From: Candidatus Omnitrophota bacterium
Lineage (GTDB): Bacteria > Omnitrophota > Gorgyraeia > Zapsychrales > Zapsychraceae
Length of the DNA stretch: 64,000 nucleotides
Direction: 5' to 3'
Assembly: GCA_035292445.1 (NCBI GenBank)
Contig: DATDQB010000010.1
Coordinates: forward strand, 3,563 to 67,562
Shown here: positions 18,505 to 28,295 of the stretch, one piece after another
Position numbering within the stretch: position 1 is the first letter of the stretch
How the letters are laid out: each line of letters begins with the position of its first letter
Made by a program: the position numbers and the translations under genes
Notes under the pieces: generated by a model
The model's database searches: none
The model's input: the letters and a program-made list of their open reading frames with translations, nothing else
What the model was told of the DNA's origin: nothing

Positions 18505-19689
18505 TTAGTGGGAACAAACAAGGTGCTGGATTTCTTCCACTTCATCCAGCTTGATATAAGGAGCGGGTTGACTCAAGTAATATCCTTGCCCCGCATCGAC
18601 GCCAAGATCGATGAGCGTCAGTAGATCCTGCTTGGTTTCGATGCCTTCGGCAATGCAAAGGATATTATTTTCTTTGCAAAAAGAAGTGATGAATTTGACA
18701 ATGCTTTTCTTGAACGAATCCGCATGGAGGTTATTGACGATGTGCCGGTCGATTTTGACGATCTCGGGCCTGGTCTGCACAATGGATTCCAGGCTGGCGT
18801 AACCGCCACCCACATCATCCACCGCGAACTTAAAGCCGTACTCCCTAAAGCGCTTGAGGTGGTCAAAAAAGATCTTAAAGTCGGTGACGGCGGAGCGTTC
18901 GGTGATCTCCAAGATCACATTCTCGATCTTGATCTTGCTTTGTTCAAACAGGGATTTGATCGTTAAGAACCTGGGGCCTTCCACAAAATAAGGATTACAA
19001 TTGAGAAATAATTTCTCGTTCGTTAGGATCCGCGAAGCGTATTCGATGGCCTTCTTCCATGAGGCCATTTCCATCTCCTGATAAAGGCCGAATTGAAGCG
19101 CGGCCTTAAAAAGAAGCTCGGGGTTGGCCAGCATGGATTGCGTCTTGGGCCGGCAGAAAGCTTCGAAGCCGATCAAGCGAAACGGCTGCAGCTGAACGAT
19201 AGGTTGAAAGAACGGGATGATCAATCCATCATCAATGATCGTCCGTAGCTCGCGGATAATAGCTTCCTCTCCCTGAGAGACAAGCTTTCCGTCCCGAAAC
19301 GGAGCGCTGCGCCTTAACACCGCCTCCATCCTTGCCACCAGCTCCTCGAATTCAAATGGTTTGACCAAATAATCATCCGCCCCCAGATACAGGCCTTCGA
19401 CAATATTCTCGGGCAGCATTTTGGCGCTTTGTATGATAATCGGAATGTGCCGGCTGTCTTCATTTTCTTTGAGTTTTCGACAGACATCAAAACCGTCTTG
19501 ATCGGGAAGGACGATATCCAACAAAACTAGATCAATGTGGGAAGCGATTTTTTGGAGGGCTTCTTTGCCGGAACCGACCACATCAACTTCATAGCCTCTG
19601 GATTCCAGCAACATGGATAGCATCTGGCTTACGGAAGCATCGTCATCCACCAGTAATATGTGTTTTTTAAGATTGATTTTGTTGATCAT
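18505..19689 (-). CDS. Response regulator receiver plus EAL-domain c-di-GMP phosphodiesterase
   Basis: ILLVDDD...DLVLLDIVLPDQDG REC; EAL-domain region FEAFCRP...DDVGGGYASL; start taken at ATG 19689 (the ORF-track start at 19713 is a TTG). Confidence 0.85.
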   Translation of the reverse strand: MINKINLKKHILLVDDDASVSQMLSMLLESRGYEVDVVGSGKEALQKIASHIDLVLLDIVLPDQDGFDVCRKLKENEDSRHIPIIIQSAKMLPENIVEGLYLGADDYLVKPFEFEELVARMEAVLRRSAPFRDGKLVSQGEEAIIRELRTIIDDGLIIPFFQPIVQLQPFRLIGFEAFCRPKTQSMLANPELLFKAALQFGLYQEMEMASWKKAIEYASRILTNEKLFLNCNPYFVEGPRFLTIKSLFEQSKIKIENVILEITERSAVTDFKIFFDHLKRFREYGFKFAVDDVGGGYASLESIVQTRPEIVKIDRHIVNNLHADSFKKSIVKFITSFCKENNILCIAEGIETKQDLLTLIDLGVDAGQGYYLSQPAPYIKLDEVEEIQHLVCSH

Positions 19690-19691
19690 TA

Positions 19692-19700
19692 CCCCCCCCC
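19692..19700. repeat. Homopolymeric tract C9 on plus strand (G9 on the coding strand) between an AGGTGG SD-like sequence and the ATG of the REC-EAL gene
   Basis: cattacccccccccacctatcagt read on the minus strand is ACTGATAGGTGGGGGGGGGTAATG. Confidence 0.7.
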
Positions 19701-20003
19701 ACCTATCAGTCAACCCATTCGACTACGCTCAGGGTTGATTCTGAGCGTGAAGTCGAAGAGTCAAAGGCATGTTCCCTTCCCCAATGTTAGGCAACGACAC
19801 AGCTTTTATGCCCTGCTTAAAGTATATTCTATCCGGTATCTTCTTGACGATGCACAATTTACATAATTTAAATATCTCTAATATGCGGCCAATCTTTATA
19901 ATCCATTATATCTGAGATAGTTATAAGAAAATAAACGGAAAGAAGGAAACGTTTTCTTTTTTGAAGAGATTTTCTTCGCTTTTGTGACGCTTTTGAACTG
20001 TTT

Positions 20004-20561
20004 TCAAATAATAACCGAAGAAGCCCGGGTGCGTACATATTCCGTAAAATAGTACGTGGTATCCCCATCTATATGGGGCTTGGAAAGGTTCCGGCGTTCA
20101 AATTCCAGCCGGTATGGAGGGAAAAACGCATCACAAGAAAAGCTATGGAGAACTTGGGTGATATAGAGCTTTTGACACTCTGGTTTCTTCAGCGCTTCTT
20201 GGTAGGTTTTAGCGCCTCCGATGACATAAATATTTTCCACCAAATCCATTAATGGGGCCTTCTCCAATATCTCAAAGGCCTGATCAAAGTCCTGAGCTTT
20301 GTAGACTTCCACCGGAACCTCAAGATCCTTATTTTTTGTTAAGACGATATTGATACGCCCTGCCAACGGACGAAATTTAGGAGGAATGGATTCCCATGTC
20401 TTGCGGCCCATGATCACGGCGTTCTTCTTATCCGGCGCTTTGGTCTTGCTGGTGAGTTCCCTGAAATACTTTAGATCGCCGGGCAAATGCCAAGGGAGTT
20501 GACCGTTTTTACCAATGCCGTTGTTGGTATCGGTAGCGACAACTATGCTGAATGGCTTCAT
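20004..20561 (-). CDS. folA: Dihydrofolate reductase
   Basis: IVVATDTNNGIGKNGQLPWHLPGDLKYF...VIMGRKTWESIP classic DHFR motifs. Confidence 0.9.
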   Translation of the reverse strand: MKPFSIVVATDTNNGIGKNGQLPWHLPGDLKYFRELTSKTKAPDKKNAVIMGRKTWESIPPKFRPLAGRINIVLTKNKDLEVPVEVYKAQDFDQAFEILEKAPLMDLVENIYVIGGAKTYQEALKKPECQKLYITQVLHSFSCDAFFPPYRLEFERRNLSKPHIDGDTTYYFTEYVRTRASSVII

Positions 20562-20564
20562 AGG

Positions 20565-21380
20565 TTAAACCGCGATGGGAAACTTGATGAAGGCGTCATG
20601 TTGATAATTCTCAAGCCTAATATCTTCGAAGGCGATTTCGAAAATTTTCTTCTGGGCGATCTTCACTTGAGGAAGCGGCTTAGGCGTGCGCTTAAGCTGC
20701 TCTTTCAATCCATCGATATGGTTAAGGTAAATGTGGGCGTCCCCCAATGTATGGACAAATATGCCTGGCGTTAACCGGCACTCTTGGGCCATCAGCATCA
20801 ACAATAACGCATAACTGGCGATATTGAACGGTACGCCCAAGGCAATATCGGCCGAGCGTTGATAGAGTTGGCAATCCAGCCGGCCGTTAACCACATAAAG
20901 CTGGAAAAAAGCATGGCAGGGCGGCAAAGCCATTCTGTCAATGTCCGCCACATTCCAGGCGTTCACAATAATACGCCGGGAATCGGGATTTTTCTTGATA
21001 AGTTCCAGGGCATTCTGGATCTGATCGATATGTTCTTTGCGGAAGGACTTGGCTTTTTCATCCCAAACAAACTTATCCCATTTTCGCCATTGATATCCGT
21101 AAACAGGCCCCAACTCCCCCTTTTCATCGGCCCAAGCGTTCCAAATAGGCGTGTACTGTTTTAAATCATCATTGATGTTGGTGGAGCCGCGCAAAAACCA
21201 CAAGAGCTCCCGCACCACGGCTTCAAATAAAACTTTCTTGGTTGTTAAAAGAGGGAAGCCGTCGCGCAGGTCGTATTTGGTTTGATAGCCGAAGACAGAT
21301 ACCGTCCCAGTGCCGGTACGGTCCTCTTTTTTATCGCCATGCTCTAACACATAGCGGACAAGCTCTAGGTATTGTCTCAT
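20565..21380 (-). CDS. thyA: Thymidylate synthase
   Basis: [15 protein letters not shown], overall ThyA length and motifs. Confidence 0.95.
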   Translation of the reverse strand: MRQYLELVRYVLEHGDKKEDRTGTGTVSVFGYQTKYDLRDGFPLLTTKKVLFEAVVRELLWFLRGSTNINDDLKQYTPIWNAWADEKGELGPVYGYQWRKWDKFVWDEKAKSFRKEHIDQIQNALELIKKNPDSRRIIVNAWNVADIDRMALPPCHAFFQLYVVNGRLDCQLYQRSADIALGVPFNIASYALLLMLMAQECRLTPGIFVHTLGDAHIYLNHIDGLKEQLKRTPKPLPQVKIAQKKIFEIAFEDIRLENYQHDAFIKFPIAV

Positions 21381-21401
21381 AGCTGGTATTATAACAAACG
21401 A

Positions 21402-22460
21402 TTATAATTTTAAGCGAAATTCTTCAAATTTCAAAGAAGGGCTTTGCTCCATCTTTCCTTTTTTCTCTTCAATGATAAACCCGGCATACGAAGGGCCCAT
21501 TTGATCCATAAGCGCGACCCCTTCTTCACGGCCCAAGACAGTCAGCGCGGTCGCCAACGCATCGGCCTCAAGGCCCGTAGGGGCGATGGCCGTTGCGCTG
21601 ACAACGCCTTCCTGCGGATACCCGGTCACGGGATTGAAAATGTGGGAATACCTCTTTCCCTGGATCTCAAAATACTTCTCATAATTGCCTGAAGTGGTCA
21701 CCGAGGCGTCTTTAAGCAGGACAACGGCGCTAAACTTATCACGGTCCTTAGGGTCCCGTATGCCGACACGCCAAGGCTGGCCCTTACAATTGTTCCCGCC
21801 CGCATAAATATCCCCACCGGCATCGATAAAAAAGCTATGAACGCCGTTGTCACGAAAGATCCTGGCTGCCTCATCAATGGCGTAGCCGGCCGCAATGCCG
21901 CCCAGATCGACCTTTGTCGTCGGATTGGTCAACTGAACGTTATTAAGCTCAAATAAAAGTATGGTGTGCGCTCCAATCGCCCTTTTGACTTGCGCTATTG
22001 CCTCAGGGGCCGGGAGGGAATCTTTCTGCGCGGCATCTTTCCACAATTGGATGAGCGGCCAGACGGTGATATCAAAAGCGCCTCTCGTCAGCTGATTGAA
22101 CCGAATAGCTTCTTGGATCACTTTGTAAGTGTCTGCCCCGACCTCAACCGGCTGCTCATAAGCCTGGTTGATCTTGGCCACATCACTTCGCTCATCAAAA
22201 ACGTTCATCCGCCAGGCAATGTCTTCCAGGCGCTCCCACACGCGTTTATAGATTTCCTGGATATCCAATTCTTTAACTTGCGAGGCGCACGTATCAATCT
22301 GGACATAAGTCCCCATCATATATTTTGTTTCGCTGTACTTTTCCTGCCCCTCTTTCCGGCCGGTCGCCGCCCATAACACCAAACAGCCTAATATGATGCC
22401 CGCCCACAGGTAATTCTCTTTGGATAACTTCATTTGTGAATGATTAAATCGAAGCGCCAA
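21402..22460 (-). CDS. apbE: FAD:protein FMN transferase (ApbE family), membrane-anchored
   Basis: DLGGIAAGYAIDEA...FIDAGGDIYAGG ApbE motifs; N-terminal TM. Confidence 0.85.
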   Translation of the reverse strand: MALRFNHSQMKLSKENYLWAGIILGCLVLWAATGRKEGQEKYSETKYMMGTYVQIDTCASQVKELDIQEIYKRVWERLEDIAWRMNVFDERSDVAKINQAYEQPVEVGADTYKVIQEAIRFNQLTRGAFDITVWPLIQLWKDAAQKDSLPAPEAIAQVKRAIGAHTILLFELNNVQLTNPTTKVDLGGIAAGYAIDEAARIFRDNGVHSFFIDAGGDIYAGGNNCKGQPWRVGIRDPKDRDKFSAVVLLKDASVTTSGNYEKYFEIQGKRYSHIFNPVTGYPQEGVVSATAIAPTGLEADALATALTVLGREEGVALMDQMGPSYAGFIIEEKKGKMEQSPSLKFEEFRLKL

Positions 22461-23203
22461 TCAACGCTTTGAGGTTGCCCCGCATAATAGAACGGGTTAA
22501 ATGAATCCTGAAAAGAAACTTTAACGTTATCCCCTTCAAGCATCTGACGGAACTTCTCTTTCGAAAATAACCGCAGCGGCGGCTTGTATTCTTCACGGAT
22601 GCTTTTGCCGAGCTTATAATGGTCTTGGCAATAACGCCTATACGCTTCTTTGGCTTCTTCGTATTTCTGTGACTTCGCTTGGTCGGGAAGCTGGCCGATT
22701 AAGGCACACCCCCCTTTTTTTAGGACGCGGACGATCTCCTTAAGGGAACATTGCACGTATTCATCACTGTCGAAATTCATAAATACGTAATAACTTAAAA
22801 TACGATCGAAAGACCCGCTGGCCAACGGTAACGAACCGATCTCACCGTTGATAAGCCGCCCCTTAAGGCGGCTGCCGGCGAATTTCATCATTTCCATGGA
22901 AAAATCAAGGCCGTAGGACTCTCTGACATGAGGACTTAACTGCTCGAGGATCCACCCGCCGCCGCAACCAAGCTCGATCAATCTATCTTGCCGGGTTGGC
23001 CGAAGGCCCTGACATAAGCTTTGAACAAGACAATCGGTCTTTTCCTGTGCCCATTCAATACCTTCCTGGACCTCCCATTTGCTCAAAAGCCACTGTTTAT
23101 TGGCGTATTCTTGCTGCGCTTTGGCCCCCCACCGATCAAAAAGTGCTTTGAGTCTCATATCGTCCTTTAAGAAAGAAACGGATAAATAAAATTGCTGCCC
23201 CAT
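22430..23203 (-). CDS. Class I SAM-dependent methyltransferase
   Basis: LIELGCGGGWILEQL motif I; Methyltransf_11-like. Confidence 0.7.
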   Translation of the reverse strand: MGQQFYLSVSFLKDDMRLKALFDRWGAKAQQEYANKQWLLSKWEVQEGIEWAQEKTDCLVQSLCQGLRPTRQDRLIELGCGGGWILEQLSPHVRESYGLDFSMEMMKFAGSRLKGRLINGEIGSLPLASGSFDRILSYYVFMNFDSDEYVQCSLKEIVRVLKKGGCALIGQLPDQAKSQKYEEAKEAYRRYCQDHYKLGKSIREEYKPPLRLFSKEKFRQMLEGDNVKVSFQDSFNPFYYAGQPQSVDWRFDLIIHK

Positions 23204-24204
23204 CGCACCATCGCATCCGGCATCAAAGGTGATGTGAAAAACTTCGTATAAACTTTCAAAATGCGTTTTTGGCTGAACTTATACCCTTGTGGGGCAAACC
23301 CCAAATGATAGATGTCTGACTCAAGAGTCGGTGCGCAGATATGCCTCTTGAACCAGATCAGCCCCTCTTGCTCCAGGCCGCTTGAGCCCAGATCGATTTT
23401 CTCCAACCCTTTTTCTTTAGCGTACTTGATCCCTTCCCACATCAGAAGGTTGTTGGGTTTCAGATGAAGCACATCCTGGCGGGAGGTGCTGAATTTATAA
23501 AAAAGCCCCTTGCCGCAGGCGAGAAATATCTGGGCGGCGAGCAAACGGCCCCTCGAATCAAGAGCTCCTATTAAAACACCCTTATCTTTTTCCATATACT
23601 CTTCCCAGATATTTTCAAAAAAACGATAAGGCTGCGGGAAAATCTTATATTTATTCTTTCTTAATTTAAGATGCAATTCATAAAATTTCGGTAAATATTC
23701 TTTGGTGCAGCGTTTGAATTTGAGATGCCCCAACGCTTTCTTGTAAGCCACTTTAAAGGTACGAAACGTGTTCTTCCACAGCTCATCCAAATCGGCGCGC
23801 ACATCGATCTCATGGTGTTTTTCCTTACTGAGCAATTTGAAATCCCCACACTGCCTTGCCGTTTCATCTTTAAGGTTGCGGATGGCGATGCGGTACATCG
23901 GATATTCCTGCCGGATCGCCTCGAAAAAAAGTTTCCAATGCCGCGGGTCTGTCACGTGGCAGTCCAGATAATCGCAGTACGAGCCCACGCAGATCTTCCA
24001 CTCCAGGAAATTATGAACGGCCGAATAAATGAAATACGAAAGGACCTTGCCATCCTGCTGTAGATATTTGCAAAAAAGCTTTAGGCCGTACGTTTTATCG
24101 ATGACCCGCTGCCAAGACAGCGATGAGAACAGATTGCGTTCGGCCTCAGGCAACGCCAGCTTCTCAAAGGCCTCGAACAACGGCAGTGTTTTTATCTCAT
24201 TCAT
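23167..24204 (-). CDS. FemAB-like / GNAT-fold acyltransferase family protein (weak assignment)
   Basis: About 345 aa, two-lobed GNAT-like pattern similar to the FemXAB/CelD-type Acetyltransf_6 family; in a glycosylation cluster. Confidence 0.45.
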   Translation of the reverse strand: MNEIKTLPLFEAFEKLALPEAERNLFSSLSWQRVIDKTYGLKLFCKYLQQDGKVLSYFIYSAVHNFLEWKICVGSYCDYLDCHVTDPRHWKLFFEAIRQEYPMYRIAIRNLKDETARQCGDFKLLSKEKHHEIDVRADLDELWKNTFRTFKVAYKKALGHLKFKRCTKEYLPKFYELHLKLRKNKYKIFPQPYRFFENIWEEYMEKDKGVLIGALDSRGRLLAAQIFLACGKGLFYKFSTSRQDVLHLKPNNLLMWEGIKYAKEKGLEKIDLGSSGLEQEGLIWFKRHICAPTLESDIYHLGFAPQGYKFSQKRILKVYTKFFTSPLMPDAMVRWGSNFIYPFLS

Positions 24205-25816
24205 ATCCCGTTTCTCTTTGCTGTTTTCTGATCTCTAAACGCCTTCCGACTTCCTCGATCAGATCTTTGCCCGCAAATGTGCGCAGCTTATTGAATCGCC
24301 CGTTTTTATTGGCCTTAAGAAATCGGATGCATTGTCTTAGATCTTCGTTATGCTCAAGAACAAACCGCTCCAACATGGCGTCGCTGAAATGGTCATACTC
24401 TTTAACCGGTTTGATGTTAGATAACATGAACTCCAAATGGTCTTCCAATGCCGTGTCAAAGCGCTTTTTGCTTTGAGTATAAGAAATATAGGCCTGCGGA
24501 TCAAGCATGATATATTGATAGCCCTGCGAATAATAAACGGCGATCTCACTGAACTGGTGCGGCAGCTCTTTGACATTATCCCGCTTGGGGCTGTATAAAT
24601 TCTGAACGAACGATTGGGTGGACAGCACTTTCGTATCGATGCCGTTGGCAAGGGCATCCTTCATCGCCTGCTGGTAATCCGAGCTGAACGTTCTTATCGT
24701 ATTGGCGCGGCCAGCTTGCTGAAGGAGCATCAAAAAGGCCAACGCAACGACAAAAGCGCGCAGACCGGCCCATCGGGGCATCCGGGCCAGATGAACGACC
24801 GAGGACGCCACCGCCATTGACATAAAGGGCATCACGACACACAAGTACCTCAAGCCTTTCTCATGCGCGAAAGAAAAGATCATCATGTACAACAAGGCGA
24901 TGCAAAAAGGAAGGGTTATTTTCCAGCGCCGCTGGATAAGAAACACCATATTGACGAAAAAGAACAATCCAAAAAGAATGCCCTCCAACCGGAAAACAGC
25001 ATAAGGATAAGATAAAAGATTATAAAGCTCGAAATGTCCTTTGGCAGACTCCCCTTGGCGGATCATCCAAAAAAAGATCGTCGAAAAATGACCGGCGTTG
25101 TTCAGCAACCCAAAGAACATAATGATGATGGCTGCCGTCAACATGCTCCAGACGAACCTTCTGGGATTAAAAGACGCCCGTTCCGTCAGCCAAAGATACA
25201 TTTCGACGAACCCAACCAATAAGGGGAAGATGAACATGCGGTAATTGGAAAAATAGGATAACGCAAAGAATACGCCGGAACATATAACTCTTACGCTGAA
25301 TTTCTTAATAAAAAAATAACTAGCAAATCCTGCCAGTAAACATAGCGCGCTCAACGTTTCCTGCAATCCCAACCTCGAGTAATAAACATGGCTCGGTAAT
25401 AACGCCAGCACGGCGGCGGAGAGAAGCGCCGTCTCCCTGGACCCATAATATCGGTACGAAAAGAAATAGACGAGAATTACCGTTGCTATGCCGAAGGTAG
25501 CCGCCAACAACTTCGGGAAATAATAGGTCTGGGCCTCTCCCCAAAAACTGCGCAAATGAGAAAGAAAGAACCACAATCCCTTGCCCGTGCTCAAAGACAG
25601 GTATAAGTTGTATTTTAATATTTTAATCACTTCCTGAAAATCCCGTGGCGGGTTCTTTGAAAGAAGCTCATCGAAGGTGCGATGTATCGTCAAATAATGC
25701 CCTTCATCGTAATAAAAAAGATCGTTGTTCTTAAGCCCGTCGAAGCGCAGATAAAGGCTGGCTGCGATGGCAGCCAGCAATACCAGAAAAACGGTTCTCT
25801 TCAATGTCAGTACCAT
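24197..25816 (-). CDS. GT-C fold membrane glycosyltransferase (ArnT/PMT-like, GT39/GT83-type)
   Basis: About 12 predicted TM helices, DEGHY loop motif near N-terminus, 539 aa; next to a GT2 polyprenyl-phosphate sugar synthase. Confidence 0.6.
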   Translation of the reverse strand: MVLTLKRTVFLVLLAAIAASLYLRFDGLKNNDLFYYDEGHYLTIHRTFDELLSKNPPRDFQEVIKILKYNLYLSLSTGKGLWFFLSHLRSFWGEAQTYYFPKLLAATFGIATVILVYFFSYRYYGSRETALLSAAVLALLPSHVYYSRLGLQETLSALCLLAGFASYFFIKKFSVRVICSGVFFALSYFSNYRMFIFPLLVGFVEMYLWLTERASFNPRRFVWSMLTAAIIIMFFGLLNNAGHFSTIFFWMIRQGESAKGHFELYNLLSYPYAVFRLEGILFGLFFFVNMVFLIQRRWKITLPFCIALLYMMIFSFAHEKGLRYLCVVMPFMSMAVASSVVHLARMPRWAGLRAFVVALAFLMLLQQAGRANTIRTFSSDYQQAMKDALANGIDTKVLSTQSFVQNLYSPKRDNVKELPHQFSEIAVYYSQGYQYIMLDPQAYISYTQSKKRFDTALEDHLEFMLSNIKPVKEYDHFSDAMLERFVLEHNEDLRQCIRFLKANKNGRFNKLRTFAGKDLIEEVGRRLEIRKQQRETGYE

Positions 25817-26530
25817 TTATTTTTTTATTCTTAAACTTAAGAAAATAATGGGCCGCAAGATGCTCCACCAGCCTGAGAACGGCCTCATTTTGGTATAACC
25901 GTGTTTTCTCTTGGGGTAGATCTTCCTGACAGGAACCTCTTTTACCTTATATCCGAGCGTGACGGCTTTATAGAACAGATACGGCTCCATTTCATACCGC
26001 TCAAGCCACGGCTGATCAAGGTTGATCCTTCGGTCTTCAAGCATGGAGATCCTGACGGCCCGAAAGCCGTTGGTCGAATCGGTGATCTTGCGCCCCGTCA
26101 ACACAGAAAAAATGAACGGATAAAGCCGTGTCGCCATTTTACGATAAAGCGGTATGTCGCCGCCGAACTGCCCGCCAGGCAAATAACGCGAGCCCTGGAC
26201 AAAATCAAAGCCTTCCTCGATCCCTTTTTGAAGCTTATAAACATCTTGAGGGTCATCTTTATTATTGCCGGAAACAAAAAAAACAGCCACGTATCCTTTC
26301 TCTTGAGCGTATTTCAGGATCTGCCTGACCCCGTGACCGGCCCCTTTGTTCGTTGTGTTTTTGATAACAACAATGTGCTCTGGAGATGGTAAATTATCCA
26401 AGCTGCCGTCGTCGGAGCCGTCATCAATGATCAGACAATCATAAACGGAATAATCGTTGAAACGCGCGATGACCTGGCGGATTTTCTGGCCTTCATTAAG
26501 CGCGCAGGTTCCCAGAAGATATTTGTTCAT
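25817..26530 (-). CDS. Family 2 glycosyltransferase (polyprenyl-phosphate mannose/glucose synthase-like)
   Basis: IIDDGSDDGS DXD-containing GT2 N-terminus; about 237 aa, Dpm1-like. Confidence 0.85.
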   Translation of the reverse strand: MNKYLLGTCALNEGQKIRQVIARFNDYSVYDCLIIDDGSDDGSLDNLPSPEHIVVIKNTTNKGAGHGVRQILKYAQEKGYVAVFFVSGNNKDDPQDVYKLQKGIEEGFDFVQGSRYLPGGQFGGDIPLYRKMATRLYPFIFSVLTGRKITDSTNGFRAVRISMLEDRRINLDQPWLERYEMEPYLFYKAVTLGYKVKEVPVRKIYPKRKHGYTKMRPFSGWWSILRPIIFLSLRIKK

Positions 26531-26533
26531 TTT

Positions 26534-26992
26534 TTAACTTCTTTTGTAATCGCCGCTTTTGCCGCCGCTTTTATGAAGAAGTTTTGTTTCCTTAATGACC
26601 ATGCCCTTATCTGCCCATTTCATCATGTCATAGATGGTCAGCGAAGCTATGCTCGATGCCGTCAACGCCTCCATTTCAACGCCCGTTTTACCGGTGTAAT
26701 TGACCTCCACCGTTGAAGTGACGGCATAAGCCTTTTTATCCAAATGAAAATCAACAAGGACCTGATTGATCAATAGCGGATGGCAGTGCGGGATAAATTC
26801 GTGGATCCTCTTTGCCGCAAGAATAGCGGCGACCTTGGCCGTTTCCAGCACATCTCCTTTAGGCGAGGCGCCTTCAACCAATCCTTTATACGCTTTTGGG
26901 CCCATCACCAAAGTCGATGCGGCGATCGCCTTTCGCTTGGTGTCCTTTTTGTTGCTGACATCGACCATGCCGCGCTTATTCTTTTTCATCAT
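26534..26992 (-). CDS. moaC: Cyclic pyranopterin monophosphate synthase
   Basis: MVDVSNK...GDVL..A..AAILAAKR...IPHCHP MoaC motifs. Confidence 0.9.
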   Translation of the reverse strand: MMKKNKRGMVDVSNKKDTKRKAIAASTLVMGPKAYKGLVEGASPKGDVLETAKVAAILAAKRIHEFIPHCHPLLINQVLVDFHLDKKAYAVTSTVEVNYTGKTGVEMEALTASSIASLTIYDMMKWADKGMVIKETKLLHKSGGKSGDYKRS

Positions 26993-27420
26993 TAAAAATC
27001 CTCCGCCCCAAATGGTTGGATCTTTTTTCTCAAGGATTTTCTCTCGGCACGCTTATGCTTTTGCTCCAGGATCTCCTCTTTTAAGCCCTGCGGGCGTTTG
27101 CGCTGCTGCCTCTTTTTTTTCTCGGCTGCGTGGCGTATCTTAAGCTCTTCTTCACGCTTATAATGCTCGATCTTCTCGACCAGTAAATATCTGGCTTTTT
27201 GCCGGTTCAACGCCTGGGAGCGCTCGGCCTGGCATTTGACCTGAACACCTGTTGGGAGATGGTGGAGGACAACACAGCTGGCGACTTTGTTGACGTTTTG
27301 CCCGCCGGGGCCGGAAGATCTGATAAATTGCTCCTTGATATCATGGTCATAGATCTTAAGCCGCTTCATCTTTTTGCTTAGCTCTTTTTCTTTATCAAAA
27401 AATACTTCGGGACGGGCCAT
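26992..27420 (-). CDS. arfB: Peptidyl-tRNA hydrolase ArfB (class I release factor-like, GGQ)
   Basis: SSGPGGQNVNKV GGQ motif plus basic C-terminal tail; start taken at MARPEVFF. Confidence 0.8.
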   Translation of the reverse strand: MARPEVFFDKEKELSKKMKRLKIYDHDIKEQFIRSSGPGGQNVNKVASCVVLHHLPTGVQVKCQAERSQALNRQKARYLLVEKIEHYKREEELKIRHAAEKKKRQQRKRPQGLKEEILEQKHKRAERKSLRKKIQPFGAEDF

Positions 27421-27422
27421 GA

Positions 27423-28289
27423 TCACACGCTCCTGAGTTTCTGATAGAGAAGGGCGCACCAGCCTTCTCCCTGCTTGATCTGAAGGCATCTTAACGGCAG
27501 CGCCGAAAATTCTCTCTTTAAACGCGGCAGATTATTCTCCGAAATGCCCGAGACGGCCAGAAAGAAACGCGGCTTGACCAAACGCACAAGCTTTCGTTTG
27601 AGCTTGATCAGATCAAAGGTGATCAGATTGGCCGCGACAAAATCGAATTTTTTACGGGACGGAAAATCCTCAACCCCCGCTTTTAACACGCCCGATGCCG
27701 GAAAGCGGTTCTCCCTTAGATTCTTTTTGGCACTCCGGACCGCTTCAGCACTGTTATCAATAGCGCGGGTCTCTTCGGCCCCGCAGGCATAAGCCACTAA
27801 CGAAAGAATGCCCGAGCCGGTCCCCAAGTCTAAAAAGCTCTTAAATTTGCCTTTGGAGCGTTCGATTATTTCGGCCATGAACCGCGTGGTCGGATGAAGC
27901 CCTGAGCCGAACGCCCCCTGGGGATCAATCAAAATATCGTGAAGGCTTCTTCCTTGTTGATGTTTTTCCTTTTCCCAGGCCGGGATCACACGGATACGCC
28001 TGGTTAAAAGGAATGACTTGAAATCCGTCTTCCATCTGGAAAACCAATCATCCTTTTTCAGTTCCTTTATTTTCAACGACACATGCCGCAGGCCCAAGAC
28101 ATGGATCTTCTCGATCATTCGACCGGCCATTCGGGATGATTGGAAATAAATGGATAAATGGCAAAAAGGGCGCTCCTCGACCTCAACGATATTTTGAACG
28201 GGGATCCCCTGGCGGATAAGCACGTTCTTGATCAACGCTGCTGCTGCCGCGGAAGGTTTCTTTGTTGTGATGACGAGTTCGAAAAGCAA
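27423..28289 (-). CDS. prmA: Ribosomal protein L11 methyltransferase
   Basis: DLGTGSGILSLVAYACGA...AIDNSAEAV motif, about 288 aa. Confidence 0.8.
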   Translation of the reverse strand: MLFELVITTKKPSAAAAALIKNVLIRQGIPVQNIVEVEERPFCHLSIYFQSSRMAGRMIEKIHVLGLRHVSLKIKELKKDDWFSRWKTDFKSFLLTRRIRVIPAWEKEKHQQGRSLHDILIDPQGAFGSGLHPTTRFMAEIIERSKGKFKSFLDLGTGSGILSLVAYACGAEETRAIDNSAEAVRSAKKNLRENRFPASGVLKAGVEDFPSRKKFDFVAANLITFDLIKLKRKLVRLVKPRFFLAVSGISENNLPRLKREFSALPLRCLQIKQGEGWCALLYQKLRSV

Positions 28290-28295
28290 AAATTT

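Noticed and set aside
19690-19713. TTG-initiated extension MTDRWGGV of the REC-EAL gene
   Set aside because: The ORF track appears to allow non-ATG starts. The ATG at 19689 preceded by AGGTGG is the more plausible start; the extension is retained only as an alternative in the poly-G finding.
19868-20068. 66-aa minus-strand ORF in the folA/EAL intergenic region
   Set aside because: It overlaps the folA 3' end, has no RBS, no conservation signal and an odd composition; it is more likely UTR or terminator sequence.
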